A stretch of DNA of 63,983 nucleotides, filler included, from Stramenopiles sp. TOSAG23-6 (Eukaryota), in NCBI GenBank assembly GCA_900128565.1. It is 3 parts of 3 records of this genome, joined end to end, with 100 filler letters (N's around TTAATTAATTAA, not from the genome) between each part and the next. Parts side by side here need not be neighbours in the genome. Positions count along the whole stretch, not along the records: positions 1 to 23,912 come from LT636008.1; 2 more parts are not named here. One strand, written 5' to 3'. Within the stretch, counting starts at the first letter, position 1. Every line of letters starts with the position of its first letter. Shown here piece by piece: positions 1-10,166 of this stretch. The position numbers were made by a program, and so were the translations under genes. The notes beneath the pieces were generated by a model, which saw only the letters and a program-made list of their open reading frames with translations, had not been told where the DNA came from and did not search any database.

Positions 1-23
1 TACAAATATACAGCAGGGAAATC

Positions 24-76
24 AAAATACACAAAATACACAAAATACACAAAATACATCACAAAATACACAAAAT
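24..76 (+). repeat. Short tandem repeat of (C)AAAATACA, about 5-6 units
   Basis: Reads aaaatacac aaaatacac aaaatacac aaaatacatc acaaaatacac aaaatat. Confidence 0.8.
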
Positions 77-1828
77 ATGTCAGGCTGTACATTAAAAATT
101 GGTCGTGTCGCTGATTGGGGTCTTCGAGTAATTATAAAATTACAAATGTGCAAATCAAAAGATCAAACTCCATATGTTTTAGTATCTGTGACTGAATTAA
201 TTGCATTGTCAGTTTGGCAATTTCGTTTAAGTGGTCCTTCTTTAACTAGTTTATTTTTTGGTACAAATAACACTAATAAGCAGACTGAAAATATTTTTTC
301 TTTAGATACAGTTTCATCGAACTCAATATTTACTGTGCTTTCGTGTGCAGCACCAATTATGATAAATCAAACTCGAACTTCTTTGCAAGCTTCAGCATTA
401 GCTGGAGAACTATGTCGTTTGAAAAAACAAAATGAAAAAGAGCAAGTAAAAGCAAAACAGAACCATATTGCTATACAAAGTTGGATGAAATCTCAAGAAC
501 AAGATGATGCTACAATGAAAAAAAAACTAAAAGCTTTAATAGAAAGTATAAAACTAGAGTCTGTAAAACTAAAACACCTTAAAATGAAAATAAATCAAAA
601 CGATCTTGAAAACTCGAGGATATTTCCAATGCAAGATAAAACAAAAATACAGATAAAACATCTTCGGAACGAAAATAATAATAATAAAGTTGATGATGAT
701 AGTTCTACACAAAATATAAAAGATCTTGATAGAAAATATAAAATTTTAGAAGAAAAAGTGTCTACCATGGAAGCCAATGCGATGATGCAAATTGATAATG
801 TTATCCACGCAGCGGAGGAAAGGCTCGCAAAAGTAAAAAATGATGAATTGAAAATAAAACCAACAAAATTTGAAGAAACTCCTGAAACTGATGAAACGTT
901 TGTTAAACCTATGACGGAAAATAGAATTTTATGTTTATTTGAAGAGAGAAATGTGTCGCAGGCGAAAGAACAAAAACGAATTTTAGAGATGGAATTAAAA
1001 GCCTTACATTTTGACAAAAGTTATGAAAATATTAAACATCAAAACGAAACTTTGCAAATACAAAATGAAGAAAATGGGCGAAAGAGTCCTCATATATATC
1101 CAATCACGAAACGGGTTTTACTTCACCGACAAAGAGAGACTCCATTACTTCTTGGAGGTGTGTTTAATGGAATGCTAGTCAAGACGAAGTCGGCTGCAAA
1201 TTTATTAAATACAGAATTATCATGCTGGGAAACACTTTTTGGCGAAGATATGGCAGAGCATACTCGAAAAGAATATGCCAAGTGGGGCGATTCGGTTGCA
1301 GAAGTTGACGGTGAAGTCGATCCATCTGATGGATCGATCAAACTAAAAAATTTTCTTGTTCATGATCCAAGTCTACCTCATATAAATGGAGGTGCTTGGT
1401 GGCCAACCGAAATGCTTGAACCTGCCCAATTAGATACATTACGTTTGAAAAAAAAAATGAATAATTATCAAATCAAGCAAATAGTAAATAGTACAAAGGA
1501 TGCTTGTCAAGATGAGAAAGTTGAAATAGACACCTCAAATAATGAAAATGAATCTTCAAAATTTGATCTTGTAAAGACTGAAAGTTCCAATGTGATCAAA
1601 AATCTCCCAATGATGCGATGGAAACAACTTTTTGGTGAAGATGTGGCAGAGCATACTCGAAAAGAATATGCCAAGTGGGGCGATTCGGTTGCAGAAGTTG
1701 ACGGTGAAGTCGATCCATCTGATGGATCGATCAAACTAAAAAATTTTCTTGTTCATGATCCAAGTCTACCTCATATAAATGGAGGTGCTTGGTGGCCAAC
1801 TGAATTATTGACATATCTTAAGATATGA
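77..1828 (+). CDS. Hypothetical coiled-coil protein with two near-identical ~60-aa C-terminal domains; N-terminus uncertain (contig edge)
   Basis: 583-aa ORF; repeat LFGEDxAEHTRKEYAKWGDSVAEVDGEVDPSDGSIKLKNFLVHDPSLPHINGGAWWPTE occurs twice. Confidence 0.7.
   Translation: MSGCTLKIGRVADWGLRVIIKLQMCKSKDQTPYVLVSVTELIALSVWQFRLSGPSLTSLFFGTNNTNKQTENIFSLDTVSSNSIFTVLSCAAPIMINQTRTSLQASALAGELCRLKKQNEKEQVKAKQNHIAIQSWMKSQEQDDATMKKKLKALIESIKLESVKLKHLKMKINQNDLENSRIFPMQDKTKIQIKHLRNENNNNKVDDDSSTQNIKDLDRKYKILEEKVSTMEANAMMQIDNVIHAAEERLAKVKNDELKIKPTKFEETPETDETFVKPMTENRILCLFEERNVSQAKEQKRILEMELKALHFDKSYENIKHQNETLQIQNEENGRKSPHIYPITKRVLLHRQRETPLLLGGVFNGMLVKTKSAANLLNTELSCWETLFGEDMAEHTRKEYAKWGDSVAEVDGEVDPSDGSIKLKNFLVHDPSLPHINGGAWWPTEMLEPAQLDTLRLKKKMNNYQIKQIVNSTKDACQDEKVEIDTSNNENESSKFDLVKTESSNVIKNLPMMRWKQLFGEDVAEHTRKEYAKWGDSVAEVDGEVDPSDGSIKLKNFLVHDPSLPHINGGAWWPTELLTYLKI
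1251..1800 (+). repeat. 157-nt identical direct repeat (1251-1407 and 1644-1800) inside the CDS
   Basis: tggcagagcatactcg...ggtggccaac is identical in both copies. Confidence 0.9.
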
Positions 1829-2161
1829 TTTGTGGTTGCCAACTGAACTATTGACATATCTTAAGATATGATTGGTAAAAGCATGCATGATGATGACATG
1901 ATGTGGAAAAATAGAGAACTTTTGTTCAATTGTCAAATGTTTGTTAAAACAGTTGGTGAAGGTAATCTTATAAATAAAAGAGGTAAATGTTTTAAATGAA
2001 ACTGTAGTACGTACTACTAAGTATACCGTTTTATATAATAAATTAACAAATGAAGTATTGTAGCTGTATGGTCCTGCTGGGTATCACATTTCAGTGCCTA
2101 CACAATCATTTGCTATGCGTACGTGTACATCATGTAGTTTTAGTGTTGCTTGTTATTGTTG

Positions 2162-3049
2162 TTACCTCTTCTTCTTTTTCTTCTTAGAAGAAGAAGATTT
2201 CTTGGCTGTCTTCTTCTTGCCTGCTTTCTTGGCTTTGACTGGGCTGCCGTCCTTCCACTCCCCATCGTGGATTACTTTGCCTTTTTTATCCTTCTTGACG
2301 CCATAACCATGAAACTCGCCATCCTTATGGTCACCCACATACGTATTGCCGGTTTTTATCCAGTAGAACGTACCCTTGCCTTCTTGCTTGTCGTTAAAGT
2401 AGTCACCAACATACGTGTTACCACTTGCATGTATTTTGGAAAAACATTTCAAAAAATATATATTGTTAGGTACAAAGTTTCGTACGAAAAAAATATTAAA
2501 TTTGAAATTAAAAAAAACTAAAACATACATAAAGGTATATGAGCCCTTACCTTGGCGTTTATCATCCTTGTAGTCACCAACGAACTTGGCACCATCGACA
2601 TAGATCATGGTACCTTTACCTTCGCGTTTGGCATCCTTCCACCAGCCATCATATTTTGCTCCGCTCTTGTAGACCATCTCGCCCTTGGCATGGTACTTGC
2701 CATCCAACATGTTGCCAGTGTATTTAGAACCATCGTGCTCCTTGTACACGCCATGGCCGTTTGCAATGCCATCCTTCAATTCGCCTGCATATTCATCGCC
2801 ATTCGCCCAGCTCTTCTCGCCCTTACCATTCTTCACACCACCCTTAAATGTAAAAACGCCCCTGTAATCCTCCGTTCCGAGGTTCAACAGTGCCATCTGA
2901 GATGCTGTGTCTCTATCTTCCTTCGCTCTGATGTTTGCTTCCTCCGCTCTGATCTTGGCTTGGAGTTCGGCGGCCTCTTCATAGTTCTCTTCATCAACTG
3001 CCTTGTTTTTCGCTTCCCTGAGCGCTCTCAATATCGCTGAATCGGTCAT
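2162..3049 (-). CDS. MORN-repeat protein with N-terminal UVR-like motif and Lys-rich tail; one intron
   Basis: Repeats GxGxxxYxxGxxYxGxW/Y; AVDEENYEEAAELQAKI motif; the insert MYVLVFF...SKIH is an intron read in frame. Confidence 0.9.
   Translation of the reverse strand: MTDSAILRALREAKNKAVDEENYEEAAELQAKIRAEEANIRAKEDRDTASQMALLNLGTEDYRGVFTFKGGVKNGKGEKSWANGDEYAGELKDGIANGHGVYKEHDGSKYTGNMLDGKYHAKGEMVYKSGAKYDGWWKDAKREGKGTMIYVDGAKFVGDYKDDKRQGKGSYTFMYVLVFFNFKFNIFFVRNFVPNNIYFLKCFSKIHASGNTYVGDYFNDKQEGKGTFYWIKTGNTYVGDHKDGEFHGYGVKKDKKGKVIHDGEWKDGSPVKAKKAGKKKTAKKSSSSKKKKKKR
2429..2528 (-). other. Family intron in MORN gene (exact boundary ambiguous by 1-5 nt)
   Basis: GTATGT...CGTACGAAACTTTGTACCTAAC...TTTTCCAAAATACAT interrupts a MORN repeat. 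Confidence 0.8.
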
Positions 3050-3417
3050 GTTTTTGCTGTTGTTTGTATCTGGTTTGTATCTAAAAACTTAAAAGATCTT
3101 GTGATTAGATTAGTTACTAACAGTTACTAGTAGTAGTAGTCCTACGTGTAAGTGTCGTGGTCAAAAGATCGCAACCTAAAAGATATCGATCGGCGTATTT
3201 CGATTCGTACCATTTTTTTGTACGTAAAAACCGCTTCACGAATTTTCAATACGGATTTTGAAAAATCGAAAAGAGCAGAAACTATTTTTTTGACAGCCAT
3301 TCCCTTGGCCAGAGCGTCCATAATATTTTTGATTACCTTTGCGAATTGCAATAATATTAAACTGTATTACACATTGTGTCGCACACGATTTCCCCCTAAG
3401 GTTTTGCTGTTGCAAAG

Positions 3418-6400
3418 ATGGTACAATTCGGACACCAGTTAACTGCAAATGCCGTCGTCGAGTGGCAAAATCATTACATGGATTACAAACGTTTGAAGAA
3501 ACTGATTGTAGAAGTATGTCGAGGTCACCGTGAGCTCTTACAACAGCAGCAAGACGCCCCACAACGTTCCGTAGTCATACCATTGGCTGGAGACCATTCA
3601 GCTCCATCATCTTCAACGTCATTGTTGTCACATATACTTTCGCCTGCTCCTATCACCGCGAAGAGTAGTGATGACACTGTGGATGCAAAAATAGCTTCTG
3701 GAAATCAGGCATCGGATCTTGAGGAAACTTTCATAAGTGGTTGTCTTGAAGAAGTCCAAAAAGTCGATGAGTTCTTTATATCGAAGCTCCAAGAGTGTCG
3801 CGAACGATTAGAACTTTTGACAAATGTACAAGGGCATGAATCATTAATTGAAGATGAAATCGATGAAGATACAAATCTTCTCAAGGATAAAAAGGAACTT
3901 TCTAAGTCTGATTCATCGAAGTTGAAACTCATTGATAAAGAACGAAAGGCATATGAAGGTTCTATTCATCGTGCATGTACAGATTTGTATAGATGTATTT
4001 GTTTATTGGAAAATTTTGCTGTTTTAAATTTGACCGGATTCATTAAAATCTTAAAAAAATTTAAGAAAAATATGGTCAAGGTTGAGACAGAATATTTGTT
4101 GAAAAGAGAGAATACAAATTTTCATCGTAGTAAAAGCTACGGTAATCTTTACTCATCTATCCCGACTGCGCTACCACTATTATGTTCTGGTGGGAAAGAA
4201 GTAGCAAAATTAGTAATGGACAATGTGAGATCGCATTCTGTATTCTTTCATTATTCATTTCAAATTTGAAAAATTCAATTTTATTTTTTTTTAATTTTTT
4301 TATCCGAATCTGAAATTGTATATTGTTTTTCATACCTAACAAAAAAAAACAAATTTGACATATTTTTCATCAACACATTTTTCGCATCATGAAGATTCAA
4401 TTAAAGGTCTTTCAAATGATCTTGAAATATTATATGCAAATAAGTTTTGCGGAGGTGAGCGTTCTGTGGCTCGGGCGCTTTTGCTTGTACGTTGTCCNTT
4501 TTATTTTCAAAAAATTTTTTAAAACCCTGACCCTAAATTTTTTTTTAAACCCTAACCCTAAAATTTCATATGCCTAACAAATCTCAAATATGAAAACATA
4601 TTTTTTTACAATACTTGTAAAACAAAAACCAAAAAGTGACTGGTATATGTTTCGATCTGGTCTCCACTCAGGAATGCTTATAATTCTATTGTTTTGGGTC
4701 ATCTGGATTAATGTACGTTTTTTTTTAAATATGAAATTAATTTTTTTTCATACGAAATTCCGTACGTAACAAATTTCGAATTTGAAATATTTTTTCAAAT
4801 GCATGTAACTCCATTTAAAGAGACGGTATACGCTCTCATGGTGCATCCACTACTCCCTGTGTTTCGATTATTATTGTCTTGTGTATTAATTCAGTGGTGT
4901 TGTGGAATATCTGTTTATCTGTGGACCAAGTACTTATTTCTTATGAATTTCATTTTTTTATTTTTCATACGAAATTTTGTACCTAACGATTTTTCAAGTT
5001 TTTTTTTTGAAATATTTTTTCACAATACAATGCTCGTATTAATTATATATACTTATTCGGATTAGATCCAGAAAATTCTCTCACATATGAGCAGATATTT
5101 TATTCTGCAACAAACAACTCAATTTTACTCCTTGTATCGATTCTCTTATTTAGCAAGCTAAAAATAGAAAATATGTTTTTTCTCCATATATTATTGACTG
5201 GTATTGTTCCCTTGATGATCACATTTTGGTTAATTTATTTATGCCTCCATACAAAATGGAGTTGGAGAATAATTAAAGAAATTGGAAAAGTTTTTTTTGC
5301 TCCATTATTTCCTGTGACTTTTCTTTCGTCATTTATTGGTGATATTGCGACATCTCTAGTGAGGCCTTTAACAGATTTGGCATATACAGTATGTTATATG
5401 GGAAGTGGCGGATTCGTTCTTCATCATCAAGAATTATCTAAATCACACAATTTGATGGCTTGTACGTTTTCATCATGGGTTAGGGTTATCTTTTTATGTT
5501 TTCTTAGTTAGTTTTGTAGGTAACAAAACAAAATTTACAAAGAAAAAAAATAATATATATATATTTTCACAATATATGTACGTCATCAGACACATATACC
5601 AGAATCATTCTTCCTATTATTTGTTTTCTACCTTTGTGGCTTCGAATGCAACAAAATCTCCGAGTGTACTATGATACAAGAAAGCGCTGGCCATCAATGT
5701 ACGTGTTCATTTCAATTTTTTGTCTAAATTATTTTTCAAACGAAATTTTGTACGTAACAATTTTTTTTTGAAATATTTTTTCATAATCCATGGGTAATGC
5801 AATGAAGTATGCAGTATCACATGTAGTAGTCTTATTTGGTACGATGCATCCTATGTGGGCTAAGACAGATTATTCTCATGCAAACAGTTTTGAATGGGCA
5901 TGGATTACATCTTACTTGATTGCCACAATATATGCATTTCTTTGGGACATAAAAATGTACGTTTTCAAAATTGAATTTTGAATATTTTTTTCATAGAAAA
6001 TTTTGTACCTAACAATTTTTTATTAAAAAAATATTTTTCCAAAATACATGGATTGGGGTTTGCTTTCACGTCCGGATGGATTGCGAAAGCATTTAATGTT
6101 TGGTGTCAATAATCGACATCTTTATTATACTGCAATAGTATTTGATGCTTTAGGTCGTTTTATTTGGTGCCTTACTCTATTACCTGGCTCAAAATCTGTC
6201 GGTCATTTTCTTGAAACTCCAAATTATGTTTTTTTTCTATCTTGTTTAGGACCTCTTGAAATATTACGTCGCTGTATGTATGTTTTACTTTTTTTTTTGT
6301 ATGATTTTTTTTTCATACGAAATTTCGTACCTAACTTTTTTTTTCCATTAAAAAAAAAAAAAAATTCACATTATATGTGGTCTTGGTTTAGATTAGAACA

Positions 6401-6599
6401 AGAACATTTGCATAATACTATGGGATTCCGTAAAGTAAATTTTATTCCATTACATTTTGAGACGCCAGTCAAAAGAATGAGCAGGAAATCACATGATAGA
6501 GTCGCGGGAAAATCCGTATTTTTTGAGATGATTTTTGTTTTTGTTTTTGTAGTGACAATTTCTATTTATGCCGCATTTACTGGATCAAAAAACAGTTAA
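3418..6599 (+). CDS. XPR1: SPX-EXS phosphate exporter (XPR1/SYG1/PHO1 family), 9 exons: 3418-4239, 4379-4486, 4617-4712, 4805-4929, 5031-5461, 5578-5698, 5792-5956, 6050-6277, 6377-6599
   Basis: SPX start MVQFGHQL..EW...YMDYKRLKK and LNLTGFIKILKKFKK. EXS motifs WDIKMDWGL and EILRRCMWSWFRLEQEHL are restored after splicing, and all exon phases are consistent. Confidence 0.92.
4240..4378 (+). other. Intron 1 of SPX-EXS, GT...AT (139 nt)
   Basis: TCT|GTATTC...CATACCTAAC...CAACACAT|TTT TCG restores the frame. Confidence 0.75.
4487..4616 (+). other. Intron 2 of SPX-EXS, GT...TT (130 nt), containing CCCTAA repeats
   Basis: CTT|GTACGT...TGCCTAAC...ACAATACTT|GTA AAA gives ALLLVKQK. Confidence 0.75.
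4713..4804 (+). other. Intron 3 of SPX-EXS, GT...AT (92 nt)
   Basis: AAT|GTACGT...CATACGAAATTCCGTACGTAAC...TCAAATGCAT|GTA ACT. Confidence 0.8.
4930..5030 (+). other. Intron 4 of SPX-EXS, GT...AA (101 nt)
   Basis: ACC AA|GTACTT...GTACCTAAC...CACAATACAA|T GCT CGT ATT AAT TAT gives WTNARINYIYLFGLDP, which fits the EXS pattern W..xxINY..IF..DP. Confidence 0.8.
5462..5577 (+). other. Intron 5 of SPX-EXS, GT...AT (116 nt), diverged
   Basis: GCT T|GTACGT...GTAGGTAAC...CACAATATAT|GT ACG TCA; 7-nt direct repeat TGTACGT at the junctions. Confidence 0.75.
5699..5791 (+). other. Intron 6 of SPX-EXS, GT...AT (93 nt)
   Basis: TCA AT|GTACGT...GTACGTAAC...ATAATCCAT|G GGT AAT gives RWPSMGNAMKY. Confidence 0.85.
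5957..6049 (+). other. Intron 7 of SPX-EXS, GT...AT (93 nt)
   Basis: AAA AT|GTACGT...GTACCTAAC...CCAAAATACAT|G GAT TGG restores WDIKMDWGL exactly; no AG after the branch motif. Confidence 0.9.
6278..6376 (+). other. Intron 8 of SPX-EXS, GT...AT (99 nt)
   Basis: TGT AT|GTATGT...GTACCTAAC...CACATTATAT|G TGG restores RRCMWSWFRLE. Confidence 0.9.
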
Positions 6600-6687
6600 G
6601 GTTTTTTAAAATAATAAAGTACATTTTTTATATTTTTTTTGAATACTTTTTGTATAAACTCAACTTTCACACTATACTCCTCAAGAA

Positions 6688-8943
6688 CTACTTATGGACG
6701 CTTGGTTTGCACTGCTTTTTGTGTAATTTCCAGTGGATCCTTTGACATGTTTTAGAACAGTAAGCTACAGACTTACAACGCCCGCATTGGAAGAAATTAC
6801 ATTTATCTTCTTTTACTGTAGAACAATTCAAGCAGGCCATAATGGTACTACGCTTTAAGGCAGCAGTTCGCGAGTTATTTACTGGACCCCAGACGCTTAA
6901 ATGTTTCATATCCTCTACAACACTTGTTCTCCGTGCTTTTCGGAACCATTTTTGCGAAGTTTTCAAACATTTATTAACACCATGCCCTTCTCTATAGCAG
7001 ACACCCAACTGGAACTGTGCATCTAAATTATCTTGTTTCGCAGCCTTCTCAAACAGTTTTACTGCTTTTTCAATAGATTTAGTAACAACAGATCCTTCTT
7101 TATAGCAGATCCCTAAATGACATTGTGCTGCTGGATGGCCTTGTTTCGCAGCCTTTTCATAATACGCCACTGCAGTCTTTCGACATTTAGTAACTACTTC
7201 GCCCTTAGCGTAGAAAGCACCTACATTATACTGTGCATCTGAATTATCTTGTTCTGCAGCCTTTTCAAACCACTTAAATGCAGTCTTTGGACATTTACCT
7301 TCGCCAAAATAGTACAAATAGGCTAGAGCACACTGTGCCTCTGGATGACCTTGTTCTGCAGCCTTCTTATACCACTTAAATGCAGTCTTTGGACATTTAC
7401 TAACACTTTCGCCATAAAGGTAACAATAGCCTAGAGAGTACTGTGCCTCTGGTTGATCTTGTTCTGCAGCCTTCTTATACCACTTAAATGCAGTCTCTAG
7501 GCATTTATTAACACCCCAGCCATTGTAGTATGAATCAGCTAGAAACAACTGTGACAAATCATGACCTCGATTCGCAGCCTTTTCATACCAAATTGCAGCA
7601 GTCTTCAGCGATTTAGATACACCCTCGCCAGAATGGTAGCAGTTACCTGTATTATACTCTGACAATAAATGACCTTGTTCCGCAGCCTTTTCATATAACT
7701 CAGCTGCAGTCTTTAGACATTTTTGAACAACTTTACCTTCCTTATAACAGCAAGCTAGATTGTACTGTGCGAAGAAATAACCTTGTTTCGCTGACTTCGC
7801 ATACCACATTACTGCAGTCTCCATATTTTTATTAACACCACTACCATCCTCATATAGCCCAGCAAGACGACACTGTGCCACTCGACAGCCCTGTTCTGCA
7901 GCCTTTTCATACCACTTTGCTGCTGTTTTATAACAAGTGGCGAAATCATCCCCATACGTATCACCGACTGCGTGGCAGAGACCCAGTTGAAACTGTGCTT
8001 CCATACAACCCTGTTCCGCAGCCTTTTCATACCAAATTGCAGCAGTCTTCAGCGATTTAGATACACCCTCGTCACCATTATAGTAGAAATTACCACATTG
8101 AAGCTGGGCCATCTTACAGCCTTGTTCCGCAGCCTTTTCATACCAGTGCAATGCAGTTTTCATACATTTACTAACATTCATACCACCTTGATAGATAGTA
8201 GCTAGGTATAATTGTGCCTCTAACTGACCTTGTTCTGCCGACTTCTTATACCATGCTATCGCAGTCTCCATACATTGATCAATACCTTCCCCATCTGAAT
8301 AACAGCGACCGATATTATATTGGGCCACTGAATTACCTTGATTTGCAGCCTCCTTATACCAACCTGCTGCTTTTTCCAAGGACTTTGTAACACCCTTGCC
8401 TTCCGTGTAGTTTTGAGCAGTAACAACTTGTGCTGTTATATGACCTTGTTTCGCAGCTCTCTCAATCCAGTTTGCTGAGGTTGTTATATTTTTAGTAACA
8501 CCATCGCCTAATAAGTACCACTTTCCTAATTCATACATTGCCCTCGGAAACCCGTTTTCCGCAGCTTTCTTAACCCACTTTACTCCAGTCGTCTCATTTT
8601 TAGTAACACCATCGCCTTGAGAGTAGGCCATTCCTGTCCAGAACTGTGCATCTATGTGACCTTGTTCGGCAGCCTTCTCGAACCATTTGACTGCAGTTTT
8701 TGTACTTCTAGGTACACCTATTGCGCAACAATAGAATATGCCAATACGATACTCTGCTTCTATATGACCTTGATGCGCAGCCTTTTCAAGCCACCCAAAC
8801 GCAGTCTTTTGGCACTTACGAACACCTTGACCATTCTCATAGCAGCAAGCTAAAACAAACTGTGCCTCCATTTTACCTTCTTTCGCAGCGTCCATCAAAA
8901 CCGTCAAATCTTCATCATATATTTCATTAGTTGCACCAGTCAT
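6688..8943 (-). CDS. SEL1-like repeat protein with C-terminal MYND zinc finger
   Basis: About 17-18 repeats of AxxWYEKAAEQGxxxAQxxLG; C-terminal CLNC...CGRCKSVAYCSKTCQRIHWKLHKKQC. First ATG at 8943 (ORF track starts at a GTG at 8964). Confidence 0.92.
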   Translation of the reverse strand: MTGATNEIYDEDLTVLMDAAKEGKMEAQFVLACCYENGQGVRKCQKTAFGWLEKAAHQGHIEAEYRIGIFYCCAIGVPRSTKTAVKWFEKAAEQGHIDAQFWTGMAYSQGDGVTKNETTGVKWVKKAAENGFPRAMYELGKWYLLGDGVTKNITTSANWIERAAKQGHITAQVVTAQNYTEGKGVTKSLEKAAGWYKEAANQGNSVAQYNIGRCYSDGEGIDQCMETAIAWYKKSAEQGQLEAQLYLATIYQGGMNVSKCMKTALHWYEKAAEQGCKMAQLQCGNFYYNGDEGVSKSLKTAAIWYEKAAEQGCMEAQFQLGLCHAVGDTYGDDFATCYKTAAKWYEKAAEQGCRVAQCRLAGLYEDGSGVNKNMETAVMWYAKSAKQGYFFAQYNLACCYKEGKVVQKCLKTAAELYEKAAEQGHLLSEYNTGNCYHSGEGVSKSLKTAAIWYEKAANRGHDLSQLFLADSYYNGWGVNKCLETAFKWYKKAAEQDQPEAQYSLGYCYLYGESVSKCPKTAFKWYKKAAEQGHPEAQCALAYLYYFGEGKCPKTAFKWFEKAAEQDNSDAQYNVGAFYAKGEVVTKCRKTAVAYYEKAAKQGHPAAQCHLGICYKEGSVVTKSIEKAVKLFEKAAKQDNLDAQFQLGVCYREGHGVNKCLKTSQKWFRKARRTSVVEDMKHLSVWGPVNNSRTAALKRSTIMACLNCSTVKEDKCNFFQCGRCKSVAYCSKTCQRIHWKLHKKQCKPSVHK

Positions 8944-9084
8944 GATACCTTTACAAGCATACACGCCTAAGAGTTACTTTCCTTAAATAAATACGTCGTC
9001 GCGCAATAATATCTCTCGAGACTCGTGACTCGACCACCGTTTTGACTGACGTCCAATTCTCAATTCGCGCATTTGTACGTAAAG

Positions 9085-9096
9085 CCCTAACCCTAA
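9085..9096 (+). repeat. Interstitial (CCCTAA)2 telomere-like motif upstream of the SEL1 gene
   Basis: ccctaaccctaa. Confidence 0.6.
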
Positions 9097-9530
9097 TTGA
9101 TGTGTTGTTTGTATATGTATACCACTTTTCATATCATAATATTCTTTTAGATTTCTTCCGTTTTATTGCGTTTCATTGTTCATTGTAACCTTTCTTTCAA
9201 TTTTTTTTAAACTTTTGGTTTTTCTTTATTCTTCTCCATTATTATTATTAATGTTTTTTATTCGTCTTAGGATCAAATTACTAGTAATTTACCATGTGCA
9301 CGAAATCCGAAAAAAATGCAAGAGTAAAAAAAACAATATATTGGACTTTTTTTTTCGCTATGAGATTCGTACCATTTTTTCGTAAGTAAGTAACAACCTA
9401 ATAATAACGGACGAGGCGAATTACCTGACTACACGACTACACGAGTACTACTTTCTTCTAACGGTTGTTTTCATTTTTTTACTAAAACTAAGATTGAAAA
9501 GAACAGCATAAAATTTTACTTACTCCAACA

Positions 9531-10166
9531 ATGAAAACATTTTCTATACTCATTCTTTGCTGTGTTATAACACTTATAACAATGGGTATACACGTGGATG
9601 CTGGGGATGCTGCTGATGGTGGTGATCGTGAAGAACTTGATACTGTCAGTCGTATCCTTCGTGGAATTGACCCTAGTTTGGCAAACTTAGCGGCACAATT
9701 TCACGAATTTGGTGTTACACGCTACGAAGATTTTGGCGGCCTTGAACTGGAAGATCTAAAAGAAATCGGCGTAGATGACGTTTTGCGAGATATATTCATG
9801 ATATGGCAAAAAGAAGCCAGGAAAGCGGATCAGGTTGCACGTTCAACTTCTTCAGAGATACAACGAATATTAGCAATTGCTGATATTCGTCATATCCTTG
9901 AACAAATTGAACGTAATTTAGGCCGCCACGCAGAAGAGTTTTTGCGAGCGTTTTCGGGTGGCCCAAAAGATTTTGACTTAGATTTTGAAGGTTTTCAAGA
10001 TGAAGATGAAGGAAATTTGGCCAGAATTCAACAATTTCTTGAACAACCTAGCCACGATGATCGCGATAATATCACACATTTCGCAAGAGAATTCGCAAAT
10101 CATGTGTGGCTGCGTCGGCCCACACAAAGACGGACCCGGGCTGTGTCCCGTCTTGGGGCGCTTTGA
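9531..10166 (+). CDS. Secreted hypothetical protein with possible SAM-like helical domain
   Basis: Signal peptide MKTFSILILCCVITLITMG; segment FHEFGV..EDFGGLELEDLKEIGV. Confidence 0.65.
   Translation: MKTFSILILCCVITLITMGIHVDAGDAADGGDREELDTVSRILRGIDPSLANLAAQFHEFGVTRYEDFGGLELEDLKEIGVDDVLRDIFMIWQKEARKADQVARSTSSEIQRILAIADIRHILEQIERNLGRHAEEFLRAFSGGPKDFDLDFEGFQDEDEGNLARIQQFLEQPSHDDRDNITHFAREFANHVWLRRPTQRRTRAVSRLGAL

Noticed and set aside
5955-6047. U12-type AT-AC introns
   Set aside because: The AT...AC register is possible only where the exon ends in AT. The U12 donor ATATCC is absent, and introns preceded by CT, TT, AA, CA, GT or GG do not fit.
4240-6376. CRISPR-like array of palindromic repeats with spacers
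   Set aside because: The 'spacers' are exons of one eukaryotic gene, spacing is irregular, and there are no cas genes.
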